Below, piece after piece: positions 26,257 through 40,657 of a DNA stretch of 64,000 bases (the first letter of the stretch is position 1; each line of letters opens with the position of its first letter). Below the pieces are notes generated by a model. The model had not been told where the DNA came from. It did not search any database and saw nothing but the letters and a program-made list of their open reading frames with translations. Origin of the DNA: Octopus vulgaris (lineage: Eukaryota); NCBI GenBank assembly GCA_951406725.2, contig OX597820.1, positions 49,166,001 to 49,230,000 of the forward strand. Reading direction: 5' to 3'. Position numbers and translations under genes: made by a program.

Positions 26257-26477
26257 GGACTCCTTGCACGCTATAGAGGACTGTTAAATTCCAAGCCACT
26301 ATTAATGGTTTGGAATTTAACTGTCTTCTCTCAGCGTGAAAGGAATCTTATGATGGATACTTCTTATGCGTTTAAATGTACACTGTATTCATATGAATAA
26401 TATATTGTCTATTGACTAAATTTCCTTACGCGCCAGACCACTGGTAATGGAAATTTCAAATATTTCTGATTACCCTT

Positions 26478-26542
<65 letters not shown>

Positions 26543-26673
26543 TTCAGTAAAATTTAGATTTAGTTGAGTGTGTTACTTTAGTTAAAGGCACCAGAATTTA
26601 GTATGGTATTATCCATATAGTTCAAAATGGGGTGATTATAATCAAAATAAGCAACAACGATATCCAGAGGTAA

Positions 26674-26762
26674 ATGCAGTACGATCGTTTCATGCGACTC
26701 CGTTTAATTGAACAATGAAAATATTACATCAATTTACAATGTAGAGTAATCTTCAGCTGCAT
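26674..26762 (-). ncRNA. Type I hammerhead ribozyme motif with intact core
   Basis: Minus strand: ATGCAG-CTGAAGA-...long stem II (ACTC/GAGT)...-GAAAC GATC GTA-CTGCAT; perfect 6-bp stem I and palindromic stem III. Confidence 0.7.
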
Positions 26763-27469
26763 AAAAATATAGAAACCCCATAAATTCCTTACTTTTATGT
26801 TAACTAACCACTGAAAGCAGATTTACGTACACTGGAACCATCACATGATTTTATTTTAGCATATCGCCCACAATATTCGTGAGAGAAAATACCTGTCGTA
26901 CCTTGGATACTTAATCAAAGCCACAGTATTGAAGATGAGGTATTTTTTACACAGTCATCACAGCATTAACTCTTACATCATCCACTGAATTTGTACAGAA
27001 GGAAAAGATATCTTTCTCTGTTGCCCGATCGAATATATCAAGGGTTTCCGTAAAATGAATCATAAATATGACGGATTTTGCAATATATATCTTCATGTAC
27101 GTCATTTTGCTAATTCAAAATGATGTTATAAACATAATCTTAATCTTAAGTTTATATGAAAAGCAATTAATATTTTAGGTGATGGAGAAATCTTCCAATT
27201 CGATCATATGTTGTAACAAATTTCAATGGTCAGTGTTCATATTCACTCAATATACTTCACTCAAAATCTTTCAAAGCATCGGAATACCTCACAGCATATA
27301 TAGGTCTACTTATATGGACATGAAATAATATAAAAATATATAAATGTATAAAAATATATAAAATATATAAAAATCTAAAAATATATAAATATACAAATAT
27401 ACTTGCGAGGGTGTATGTCCGTATTGAAACCAATAAGGTTATTAATATATGCACATAGTGAATGTATAG

Positions 27470-28328
27470 TGGTAGTCAATATAGGGGAGAATGTTGGTAT
27501 AAAATGATTTTACATTGAATCTGACGGCCGTTTCGAGAAAGTATAGTTTGGTATGGGCGAGTTAATTCCAACCACAACAAACATCTACATTTCTCTCAAC
27601 AGAGTTAATCTAAAAGGATTTATAAAAGAATTATTTAAATCTTAAAGTTAAGCATGAGAAATTTTAAGAATTTCTAAGATTCAAATGCTGTTTCGGAACA
27701 TACCGTTCACGCAGATGATATAAGAGCTAAATTTATATGTTTAAATAGATTATGAGGCTATGGATAATCGTACTTTAAGATGAATCTAAATGCACAAAGG
27801 GTAAATAGATTAAAATCATATAAACTAATTATTTTTAGAAAAAATTTAAAAGTTGATAAATATTTATGTTTACAAAGAAAAATGATATCTGAAATCTTAT
27901 TAAGTAAAATGTTTTAGTCAGCATGGGGTATATTAATCGCTTCTTTTGTGCATAATTTACAATTGCTGGCATGTGTATTGTATGGTTTGGTTTCCATTAT
28001 AATAGACCAATTGAGAGTGAATTCTTTATTACGCATTTTTAATTTATTAACGTGGTAGCTAGTGCAGATTCAGTTTTTTGTTTCTTGATTAATAAATGTG
28101 TTTTGTCTCCCATATATCTAGTCTTAAAGTCAGTTGTACTTCATGTGTATATCTTCTTTGATTCATTAAGGGTTGAAACTTCAACTTTATATGCGACATT
28201 TCTCTTTAAACAGAATCCATTTAAGGGACAGAAATCCCGTTCATGGCAATTACCTATTCCGATGCTTTGAAATACATTGAGTGAATATGAACTCTGACTT
28301 TTGGAATTTGTTCTCTCATTCTTGGCTT

Positions 28329-28330
<2 letters not shown>
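27470..28330 (-). mobile_element. Penelope-like element 3' remnant: GIY-YIG endonuclease plus pLTR
   Basis: NCHERDFCPLNGFCLKRNVAYKVEV...KIYT*STTDFKTRY and downstream SNCKLCTKEA, typical of PLE endonucleases; hammerhead motif downstream. Confidence 0.8.
27517..27607 (-). ncRNA. Penelope-associated hammerhead motif (A6 mutated)
   Basis: Minus strand: CTGTTGA-GAGAAA...TTTCTC-GAAAC GGCC GTC-AGA. Confidence 0.65.
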
Positions 28331-28385
<55 letters not shown>

Positions 28386-29992
28386 TGAGATATATATATA
28401 TATATATATAGGTGCCACGTGCCATTTAGACAGCGTGTCATGTAATAATTAGGTAACGTGTGTAGGGGGAGTGGTTTGGGAGATAGATAACTCAAGACTT
28501 GTTCTTCTGTCTCACTGATTACACGCCCATAATTTATATACATAATCCATATGTATATAAGTTATTCATGACATTGAGAATTGTCTGGAGAAATTCTAGC
28601 CTCTAATTCGCTGTTAGTGACATGACGTGAAGAACATTGTATAATCACCATACATTTCATTTGCTTTTTCTTGGTTGGGGAGGGGTCAAATATATCGATC
28701 GTCTTTATGTACGTCTACAAAATAACTATTTTGATTTTGGTTGAATAGCTGAAGTACGAAGTAATTAATTGTCAATTAAGTACATTATATATATTACAAT
28801 CGAAGATATTTCGGGAAGGAATGAGGTAGAAGTATTTGATGAAGAGTATATGAATTATTTCATAGTTCGTTAGTTGTATAGGAAAAGAAGTAGATATAAA
28901 TTTAAATGAACGTGAAGATGTAGGTGTTTGCTGTAACGTTCTAATTTAAAGATGTTCGAATCTAGTCATTGTGGACTAGAAATTGTACTGACACGAGTTC
29001 ATTTTCCATACACGAACTAGTAGCGGATTGCCTCTTCAATACTTTTCACAACCAAAATTTTCCATCTTTCGAACGAAATTGAGAGATATTTTTAGTTACA
29101 GAAGAACTGTTAGTTTGATTCTCATTGCTTGTTTCTTTTCATCGCAAGAAAAGGAAATACCTTGTACTGTATACCTATTTTAGTCTTTGAAATATCATCA
29201 TGAAGTGAAATAAACAGAATTGATGTCAAATACATGCCTATAATTGCTAGCGGTCTAATTTTAATTTTTACTCGTTTCAAATAATAAGATATCACTCTTT
29301 TGATTTGAGCTAAATTTCTCCGGTACGAATAATTTAGAAATCTATATTGTTTATATTAGAAACAGAAACAAATAAACCTTCACCTTCACACACATATACC
29401 TATGAAGCAACTCAAGGCTTTCGATGTATGTATATGGAGAAAATAATTAATTTATCAAAATTCTAAAGTGGTTTCGACAATTTTTGGTTTTTCAATCGTA
29501 AATAAACAAGGTTTAAGAGAGATAGAATGCACAAGGGAAAATTCAGAAGAACATGCTTAAAATCTCAAATGTTTATATACATTCCAAAATTCAATAAGTT
29601 TTGCAAACATTGACAGTAACGCAAGTTCAAATGTTCGATGAATATCATAACAGTAATTGCATGCTTGAACGTTTGGTGACAGTGAATACAATAGGTTGAA
29701 TTCGAAACGATGAAAGTTCAGAAGATTAAGAGAGAAAGGGAAAGAAAAGAAACAAACGTTTCTTAATTTCTGAAACAGGATTTCTCGTTGCTGATTTTGC
29801 AGATCACTTGAAATTGCTTTGTATTTCTAAAGTAAAGATTCAAGTTCTGATTATTTGTAAATTTAATGACGTTACTTGTTTTAGCCTGCCTATGTAATAT
29901 TATTGTGGCTGGTTATCTAACAGCCTGAATAAGTCACTCAGTTTACGGATGTTCTGGTCACATAGTTTGCTTTCGCAGAATTCTTGCATTCT

Positions 29993-30392
29993 AAGGCGGC
30001 GAGCTGGCAGAATCGTTAGCAAGCCAGGCGAAATGCTTAGCCGTATTTTGTCTGCCGTTACGTACTGAGTTAAAATTCCGCCGAGGTCGATTTTGCCTTT
30101 CATCCTTTCGGGGTCGATTAAATAAGTACCAGTTTCGCACTGAGGTCGATGCAATCGACTCAATCGATTTTTCTGTCCTTGTTTGTCCCCTCCATGTTTA
30201 GCCCCTTGTGGGCAATAAAGAATTAATTATTTCGTCTGTCTTTACGTTCTGAGTTCAAATTAAGCCGACGTCGCAATTGCCTTTCATCCTTTCGGGGTCG
30301 ATAAATTAAGTGCCAGTTGCGTCCTGGGGTCGATCTAATCGACTGGTCCCCTCCCCCAAAATTTCGGGCCCTGTGCCTAGGGTAGAAGAGAA
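29993..30392 (+). mobile_element. Two tandem SINE family B copies (second lacks the head)
   Basis: GCCTTTCATCCTTTCGGGGTCGAT..A..AAGT.CCAGTT occurs twice; second unit begins near 30225. Confidence 0.88.
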
Positions 30393-30482
30393 TAGAAAAT
30401 AATACTTGGGTTCTTGTTGATTATATTTGACTCCCGTCGAAAATTCTAAGCGTAACAATTTAAATATTTATGAATATATATG

Positions 30483-30815
30483 CGTAGCTGTCTGGTAAAA
30501 AGTTTGCTTGCTAACTCGTACCACGTTGAGCAAGTGTCTTGAACTATAGCCGAAGTCCAAGATCTCGTAAGTGGACTTGGTAATCGGAAACTGAAAGAAG
30601 CCTGTCGTATACATTTATATGTGCGTGCGTATGTGTGTGATGTGTATGATGTGTGTACTTATGTGTGTGTGTGTGCTTGTTTTTGTCCCATCACCATAGC
30701 CTGTCAACCGGTGTTAGTCGGTTTTTCCTTGTAACCTGGGGGGTCAGTAAATATGTTTGATAGAATAAGTGACAGGCTTTAGAAATAAGAATCGGAGTTG
30801 ATTCGTACGACTACC
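30483..30815 (+). mobile_element. SINE family A, degenerate
   Basis: TTGAGCAAGTGTCTT...CGGAAACTGAAAGAAGCC...GATAGAATAAGT. Confidence 0.75.
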
Positions 30816-31089
30816 ACATTTCAAAGCATATGTATGTATGTAGGTATGTATGTATGTATGTATGCATGTATGCATGTACGTATGTGTGTGTGCGTGTGTT
30901 TGTATATATGTGTGTATGTAGTTTGATAGCAGCATAGATCAAAATGCAAACACACACAAAACCAGACGTACGCATACACACATATACATTTAAACAGATT
31001 GGTACTTTGATGCACATATAGATAATTAGATTAGTATAACTGTATAGAGGCAACAAGCGCGCGTAAAAGGCAGATAGATAGGGTGATAA

Positions 31090-31175
<86 letters not shown>

Positions 31176-31727
31176 TAATAGATAGATAGATTAATAGATA
31201 GATAAATAGAGAGAGAAAGACAGAGACGGAGACAGAGGCAGAGGGTAGCAAAGTAAATTAGAAAGAGGAAGAACAAGATGAACTAAAGAGTGAGTCTGTT
31301 GAAATATACTTACTGATGGAATTATTTATACACGATTTAAGATGGATAGATGGATTCATAGACAGAAAATAAGAATAATATTTAAACAATAACAAGGAGA
31401 CAGTGCTTTGTCTACTACAAATACATCTCATTAATTCTCAACGTTTAATTAATCTTTAGATGACCTATCATCCAATCTTTACACTGCAAAATATTTAACT
31501 TAACTTTCTGTTTGTCTCAGTTATCTCTATTGATAGTTCTTTCCGTTTGTGTGTATGTGTCTATATATATGTGTGATAGTACTATGTCGAAATTGTAGGT
31601 CTCGTTACATATATACCCATATATATATATAATTATGCCTACGCATTCGCATACATACGTGTATGCACATCTTCTTATATATGTATGTATGCATGTATGT
31701 ATTTATGTATGTATATATGTATGTATC

Positions 31728-31787
<60 letters not shown>

Positions 31788-32147
31788 TGTGTGTAAGTGT
31801 ATGCGGAGGAGAAAGAAGGGGGGGGGAGAAAATGATTTATATTTATGAATTTATATACATATGCCTTTGTGTGTATATGTGTATTTGTGATTAGATGCCT
31901 GCTGTTGCTTAGAGTATATTGAAAGTGTCGGTAAAGAAAGTATTCAATACGTGAAATAATATTTTATCATATACGCCTCTGAAAACTGTACAAACGTTTA
32001 TAATAAAAATCCCTGTTCTATTTCTACTCATAGTGGAAATGAGTGCATCATAATCCAGAAAGTATAGATTTTCGAACACAAAAATGAACATGAAATATAA
32101 TCTTTAGAGTGACATGAAGAAAATTTAAGTAAAGGAGTTACACACAT

Positions 32148-32520
32148 ATTAGAACTGGGTGCCATTGTAGAGTGCCAAGGACTCCAAATTTGCCATCACG
32201 ATGTAGGAAAAGATACTGCAATAGCCTGGACTTCAGAGTTCTACAGCTCTTCAATATCCTCCCGAAGGACTTGAGATACCTGCATGGGGTGGATGTAGGT
32301 GTCTTGAAAATAAAACTGGACCTCTTCCTGTCAGGTGTCCCAGATGAATCAACGTCGCGGCAGAAGGTGCAGATGAGGGCAGCCGCATCAAACTCTCTCA
32401 TGCACCAAATGTCAATTGCTAAAAACATTCGTAAAGTAAAATTTTGTTGCAGTACCAAATGGCGGTACCCCAGCATTGCCACAGCTCGGGAGCTGAAACT
32501 AGATGAAATAAAAAAAAAGG
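32148..32520 (+). mobile_element. 3' end of a second CR1/L2-group LINE family
   Basis: LQLFNILPKDLR...LKIKLDLFLSGVPDE...NSL parallels the C-terminus of the 1005-aa ORF2 (ALFNITP...FKKSLDKFLQTVPD...NSL); A-rich tail. Confidence 0.82.
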
Positions 32521-32959
32521 AAAAAATAACAGAATTCTAAACGATGCGTATAATTTCTACTTTAGATTTTATTTGGCTCTGAAAGAGAGTGTTAAATTTC
32601 CCTTTCTGTCTTCGAGATCTTAGGTAAAACTTCATGGACTGTGAACGTTATTCTACCGCATAAATTTACATACAGAACTTACAACTCTTGTATCCTGACT
32701 GGGAATCTTCATCTGTATTTATCATAATAGGCGCATTAGGTTATGTACCAACCTAGAAACACTTTGTTTTGCAGAAAAAGAGTAAATGAAACTAGAGGAC
32801 CAGTGAAGTTTTGTAAGACATACCATAAATTTTCCATGTGAAAATCTAAAGTGAATAGATCCAAACTTTTGTGTGTATGCATCAACATCTGAACCAAAAC
32901 TCCAACTCAACCACATATTTACAAACACTGGGAACTCTCTTAACTCAAAATATCTTGTT

Positions 32960-34027
32960 GTCTTGTTAACAACTGTATTTTTCATACCGGGGAACAGATG
33001 ATACACATATGGGACCAAATCCGGTGAATAGAGAGAGTAATCGGTTAAAAGCCACAATCATGCTCAGCCGCTATTGAAGGCATGCCTTGCGTACTGGAAC
33101 ATTGTCCTGATGAAACAAAACCCCCATTTGTCACTTCTCCTCGACCTTTGGACTTGACATACTTTTGTAGCTACCTGAGTTAGTTGGCATAGTACTTTTT
33201 ATTGGTGATATTTATCTTTTGAAGACAGTCAATTAACACAATGTATTTTGCATTCCTCATAACAGAGTCCATCAACTTCCCTGCACACGAAACCACCTTC
33301 TCCTTCTTTGGAGCAGGCGAGGGGGTGTGTTGTTACCACTACATGGATTGTCTCTTTGGCTCAAAGCGATGACGCCAGCACTCATCCAGGCTTAGGAAAG
33401 ATTCAAGAAAACCAGATGGATCTGTTTCGAGCAATAATGCCTGATTTCCCGTGATATGATCAGCTTGGTGTGCTTTTGATCAGATGTCAGAAGACGTGGA
33501 ACCTACCGAGGTGAAAGCTTCGTCATGCCAAGTTCTTTGTGCAGAATATTCTCAACTCTCTCGGAAATATGTTAATAGCATTGGTTATTTGAGATATATT
33601 CACTCACCTGTCATCCATCTCTATCTCATGAACACGATTAATATTTTCTTCGGTTGTGGCAGATCTAGTCGTCCAGATCATCAGTTATATTCAAGACTGT
33701 ACTCTTCCATCATATATTCAACTGAGCTGTTGGTAAAGCTAGAGCCTCATCCCCTAAAGTAACAACCACATCAGCATGAGTGTCGTTGCGGGCTAAATAC
33801 TTTCCCTGCAGATACTTTTCACAACGATGCTAAACGTTTTCTATTTTCAAGAGTTGTAGACACTAGTTAGTTTTGAAGCCTTCTTTGACCAATCAAATAT
33901 CAGTTTACCTGGGGAAAAAAAAATCATTGCGGTTATTCTTAAGAAGAGTTGAAACGCATGCAAAAAATTTCCGAACTGTTGCAACACTCCTCCATATTCA
34001 CCCTATGAACTTTTGAGCTCATCCTCG
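32960..34027 (-). mobile_element. Degenerate mariner element
   Basis: Minus-strand FHQDNVPV and YSPDLVPYVYHLFP; TIR-like end GAACTTTTGAGCTCATCCTCG followed by TA. Confidence 0.8.
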
Positions 34028-34570
34028 TAAGCACAAAAAAATAGATAAACAAATACATACAACTCCCCCAACTTACACATATTTATATACATCATGTTTG
34101 GGAAGCGCATAGTGTCTATGATTTTTATGCAAGCATTTTAACATTTTCCTCCCTTCATATGTGATTGCAAACTTTTACATTTTAAACGTCTGCTTCTTAA
34201 TATAGGTTGTCTATGCAGTATTGTGTTTATTTATTTTTCAGAACATAATTCCTCAAAAATTTTGACTGTGATCGATGACAAATTACAGCTTTTTTATTTA
34301 CTACAACACAAACATTACTCTAAATATTGCTTCATCCTCTTCTATCCACACCACACGTTTCATTTGTATATTTTTTTCCTATATAAAACTGCAATTAAAA
34401 ATTTGATTGATTAGCATTACCATTAATATAAATTCGCCGAACATGGTGGTGGAAGCATGAGGGGCCAGAATTTGTTGCTGAGATAGTAACGTTATCTTAC
34501 AATACACTTAATGAATATGCAAGTTGAGTAAAGTGAAAAAAGAGTTTGGCAGAACAGTTGTCTCCCATAA

Positions 34571-34910
34571 TCTCTGACCTAAAAGAGTAAAGATTAAAAA
34601 CAGCTTTCGATCATGAATGATCATAGGATTGTACCTAAAACGTTCCTTTCCGAGCAAGAAGTCCAGGCAAGTTTGTTTATGGAAGACCAACAGCCATCTA
34701 TGCATACCAGCCTCCCCTCTCCACGCCACCGATGTTATCCAAGGGAAAGGCAAAGACTGATACACTTTGGCACCAGTGACGTCGCAACTCATTTCTACAG
34801 CTGAGAGTAAACAGGAACAACGTGAAACACACAGCCCGCTCCGGGAATCAAATTCACTACATAATGATTGAGAGACCGACCTTCTAATCACTGAGCCATG
34901 CGCCTTCACA
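34571..34910 (-). mobile_element. SINE family C
   Basis: Head GGCGCATGGCTCAGTGATTAGA, B-box-like GAATTTGATTCC, core CCCTTGGATAACATC. Confidence 0.85.
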
Positions 34911-35647
34911 ATGTCTGACCCAGACTCTACGTACGTAATGTATTGCCGTAACAATTCCAAAATCACCCTTTACTGATAAAATGATTTGATATTCATTGTA
35001 TGAATGTATAGAACATCTGTTAAGAGTATGTAGGTTTATTTTCGATTAAATTTCCACATCTTTCCAACGCGTACTGGAAGAAATGTTATATTCAACAGAA
35101 TCGCGAATTTCTCGACATTTAATATTCGTCGGTTTCTGCGCACTTGTTTTTCTACTAACAATACTCTTTTCTTTACATCCTAATATAATTACAGATGCTT
35201 ATTCGAAAGAATGATTTTCTCTATTTTAGACTTAATTCAATATACATTAATAATTTGAATGTTTCAACTTTCATACTGGTATTCCTATGAAAAGTATATT
35301 TTTAGCTAATTATTCATATTTGTATGGCGGTATTCAACTTCTATATTGAGGGTCGGTTTACGATTCAGTATTGAAACTCTTTCACTTACTAAATTGTTTA
35401 CATGAAAGTATGAAATAAACCCTCATATTATATATCATATATTTTTCTAATTTTAAATAGTATAAGACAGCTCTTACAAATTCAGTAGTGATTGGTACAA
35501 ATAATAGATATCATTGCAATACATAAAGTGGGATAAAAATCTGAAAACACTGTGGTATGTTTCGTCTATCACTGATAATAATAACAACAAACCTCAGCAA
35601 CAACAACTAGATAAACAACTACAACAACAACAACAATAATACTCATA

Positions 35648-35850
35648 TTGGTTTCAAATTTTGCCACAAGCGCAGAAATATGGGGGGATGAGGATCGTCG
35701 ATCACATATACCCCAGTGCTTCACTGGTACTTGATTTATCGATACTGAAACTATGAAAGGCAAAGTCGATCTCGATGCACTTTGAACTCAGAAAGTAGCG
35801 ACGGGTGAAATACCGTTACGCATTTCGTCCGGCGCACTATTTTAACAGCA
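35648..35850 (-). mobile_element. SINE family B
   Basis: Reverse complement of GAGTTCAAA...GACTTTGCCTTTCAT...TCGATAAATCAAGTACCAG. Confidence 0.8.
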
Positions 35851-36670
35851 CGATACATTAATGATGGTGACGATGATAAAAATAATAATAATAATTTCAA
35901 CAACAACAACAATAACAATAATAATAATAATTTGGCCAAAACTCATGTCGTGTCAAGGGAAATATAAACAATGATAAATAGTAAAAAAATGAAAATAATA
36001 ATATCAGTGACCTAGAGATTAAGTTTTTAGATTCGTTTTTGACCGCCTCGCTTGCATGTAAATGATGTTTCTTTATTTCCTTTATAATTATTGACCTATA
36101 TATGTTTTATATTTTGACCTCCTACAAACTTACCCAGATCAGTAAAGCTTCCAAAGAGTTTAGTCTGAATTTTTAATACAATTTCTGAAAAAGATTTTTT
36201 GTAATCTTTCTTATCGCAATAAAAATATATATTAAATTGCATTAAAGATAAATAAAACTCCACTACCGTGTAATTCCTCGCGATCCTAATAAATTTTCAT
36301 TAAAAAATTAACTACCAGCAGGCTTGTCGTCCCAAATATTTTCAACTTCGCTATATTAGATACTGTTGGCTGAAAATAATATTTGTGTTTTTCAAAATAT
36401 TATCTACTTGATTCAATCAGTAGATGGGCCATGCTTTAGCACCGCTATGAAGAAATTTAGTCGAGCGAATCGAACCCAGTAAAATTATGCTTAAGCCTGC
36501 TATTTATTCTATTATTTACTTTTGCCAAACCATAATTTACGAACCATAATATACACGCACCAACACTGATTGTCAAGCGGTAGTTGGAGAGGTACACGAA
36601 GACAGAGCAAAAGTTCGCACGCACACACACTTCTTCGCGGTTATAAACTCATACACACATACACGTATAT

Positions 36671-37335
36671 ATATGGGGTGCGGTGAACGAATTGTCGTCT
36701 AAATTTCGGCCTCCCGACGACTTCGGAATTTCTCGCAACTCTTCGAGTTGGTCTCCTTGTTTAAGTTGGTGAATACTGCCATAATCCTTGCCGTCAGTTC
36801 ATCTTTGGTGCTAGAAGGAGTTTTGTTGGTCACTCGCTGAACTGCGCCCCACTTATAATAATCAAGGGTGTTGCAGTCTAGGTAGTTAGGTGGTCAAATG
36901 TTAGAGGTGATGTGATCATACAAATTGTCTGACAGCCTTGACTGGGTTTTCTTGCTTGTGTGGCATGGTGCAGAGTCCTCTTGCTAGACATCTAGTCTTC
37001 CAGCAGCCGCCCTCTTGATCCAGGTCATGACCACCTCCTCCAGGCAGTTGTTGTAGGCCTCTGTGTTGAGTGTGAGACCATGTGGGGAGATGAATGGAGA
37101 CATAACGTTGCCATCACTAGCGGTCACTCCGAACACCATGATTTTGACTAGATGTTTGATTGGTACAGGTTTTGGGGACTCAGATTGACACCCAACTCAC
37201 TGAGATGTTCGTAGTAGAGCTTGCAGCGCGAATGCCAAGCAGAGCATGTCGTTTCCAAATTTCTGGCAAAATGAATTGCGTTATGGTGGTGCTTTTCTCA
37301 CAAACGGTACCCAACTGAACCTACTATACTGTGTA
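36671..37335 (-). mobile_element. Deleted maT/DD37D-type Tc1/mariner element
   Basis: Minus-strand MVFGVTASDGNVMSPFISPHGL...EDSAPCHTSKKTQ...PPNYLDCNTLDYY; 37 residues between the second and third Asp. Confidence 0.75.
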
Positions 37336-37711
37336 GTCGACGAAATCAAAAAGAAACAGTGTGCATGCGCGACGCTAAGAGTATACACTTTCTACAAATT
37401 ACCCAATCACATCATACACACACACACGCATATATATACACACACACACATATGCAGACTCACATAAATATATATCTGACAGGATTCTTTCAATTTGCAC
37501 CTAACGAAGCCTTACACATGACTTTGGTCGTCTCGTGGCTATGGTAGAAAATACCTTAGGAATCAAACAGTAAAACTGAACGCGGAAGTATGTGACAGGG
37601 AAGCAAACCTCTTAACTCATGCCTGCGTAGATGATGGAACATTTGTAAAATGACCTTCGAGAAGAGGCAGCACAAATATAACATAAACCATTTATTAACC
37701 AGTACAATATA

Positions 37712-37951
37712 AAGGGTGGAGCAGAAAGGTTACCCCGATAAAAAAACAAACACATGCAGAGGCATGAAAACACTTTGTGTTTCTATGAAGTTAAGTAAAT
37801 GGCAATTTTTTTTTGTTTGTTTCAGATAGTACCCACTATGGCCTAGAGTGCAGAACATCGAGCATTTGTGAGAAGTACAAAGTCGTTTTCGTATTTTCAT
37901 GTGTCTATTTCTCAGTAACCTTTGAAATCGGGGCAACCTTTCTGCCGCACA

Positions 37952-37954
<3 letters not shown>
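37712..37954. mobile_element. Tc1/mariner-type MITE
   Basis: TIRs AAGGGTGGAGCAGAAAGGTTACCCCGAT versus CAGTGTGCGGCAGAAAGGTTGCCCCGAT (minus), TA flanks. Confidence 0.7.
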
Positions 37955-37998
<44 letters not shown>

Positions 37999-37999
37999 G

Positions 38000-38440
<441 letters not shown>

Positions 38441-39437
38441 ATGTATGAATGCATGTATGTATATATGTATGTATGTATATGATTGAGAGTTTGCTACAAT
38501 GATGATATTCAACGAGGAGATGAACGCGTTCATACATGACCAACTTAAACGGAATGTTAGGCGTGTGATGTTGAACAATTCTTTCATTATTATAGAAGGG
38601 AAATGTTTAAAACTTTAGAAAACAGTGGTTGTTTAAGATCATTTAAATATTATATTTTGAATTAATCTTTACACATGAGTGCTTTGATTTCCAGTAACGC
38701 TTATAGCAGTATTGCTATCAATAAAAGAATCATCTGTTCTTATTAAACAAATCCCCCACCGAAAACTAAACTTAGATAATCGCTATTCTAAGTGTTATAC
38801 ACTATTTAAAAAGTAATGCTTGAGATGTAATTATATTTTGTTTGTTTGTTTTCATGTGATTATGAGTTTTTCTTCTTACAGTTGAGAGAGTGTCCTGTAA
38901 AACGATATCCTAGAGCGTAGAAATGCAATGCTTTCTATAATGGCTTAGTTAAAAACAAAAAGCACAAAGAAACGCCAAAGAAATAAGCAGAGAAACATGG
39001 ATAACTCTTAAAAGACCGCTGTTTCTCTTTGGAAAAGCTCTAGAAATAGAGTCACGAGTAAGAAGCCAGACAATCCCTGATAATATATGACGAATAAGTG
39101 ATATTCACTGGTCCATATAGAAGTCGAACCTAAATGGCAAGCACGGCTTGACTGAAGACTATTTCCATACAAGAGAACTTCTACGGAAGAAATAGTCATT
39201 TAAAGGTCAAATACCAATGAAGTGGACTCCCCATCGATTAGATAAACGTTAATATACACCGTCTGATTTAATTGTGAGAATCCAATTTCTTTTGAAACTC
39301 ATGTATTGAACTTTCAATTTGTCAGTGATTTCAATAAAACAGATTTCCTCGAAATCTTCATGATAATGTTATGCAGGTTGGATCTTCTCTCCCCTTTCAT
39401 TATCTTTAAAACAAACACGACGAATAGCAAGCCTTAG

Positions 39438-39471
<34 letters not shown>

Positions 39472-39725
39472 GTATATATATATATATATACGTATATATA
39501 TATTTATATATATGTATATATATGTGTATATACGTATATATATATATATATATGTGTGTGTGTATATATATATATATGTATACACAGAGAGAGAGAGTGA
39601 GCGAGAGATGTATATATGCTTGTATGCATGCATGAAAATATGTATATATCAATAAAGTGATAAACTGTATATATACAAACATAAATGTGTATAATTATGT
39701 AAATATATGCATATATATATATATA

Positions 39726-39763
<38 letters not shown>

Positions 39764-40520
39764 TATAGATATATATATATTCCAAGTGAAATTTCAGCCT
39801 AAAACTATTTCCGGTTTTCTGAAATGTCATTCATTGCCGATTATAAATATGCCGCCAATTCAAGTCGATATCACGATTATTTCTTTTGAAGGTTTAATGC
39901 GATTATTTTGGCTTTTACATCTCGTTTATGCTTCATTCAATTTATGTATGGTTTATCATAAATGGAGACGAACTAAACAGATGATTCTGCGAAATATTGT
40001 GACTTCCTGAGCAGAAACAGAACGGATGTACAGTTTAATAAAATGATTTTACATCGAAAGCACAATAGATGGGGTTACCTGGTAAATAAGACAATACTTG
40101 AAATTAATAGAAAATGTGATCTGGATACAGAAAAGAAACATCTTTTTTTCTTATTATTTTCATGAGATTTTGTAAAAGTGAATTCTGGAAAACCGAAATG
40201 TCTTGGTAACTCATGGATCGAATTCTGTCACCAGCACTAAAATATATATTTTTTTCTTTTATTTCTTTTACTTGTTTCAGTCATTTGACTGTGGCCATGC
40301 TGTAGCACCGTCTTTAGTCGAACAAATCGATCCCAAGTCCTGTAAGAAGAGTAATCATTCTATCACGCTGTTTTTCTGAACCGCCATGTTTATATACATA
40401 TACATACAAACATACATACACACACACATACAAACATACATACATACATACATACATAAACACAAACATACATACATGCATACATACATACATACATACA
40501 TACATACATACATACATACA

Positions 40521-40634
<114 letters not shown>

Positions 40635-40657
40635 CTATACAATATGTTACATTACTC

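Noticed and set aside
39000-39400. Minus-strand EFQKKLDSH (Helitron-Rep-like) and MGSPL (Penelope-RT-like) snippets
   Set aside because: Too short and conflicting to assign without a search; probably a decayed TE.
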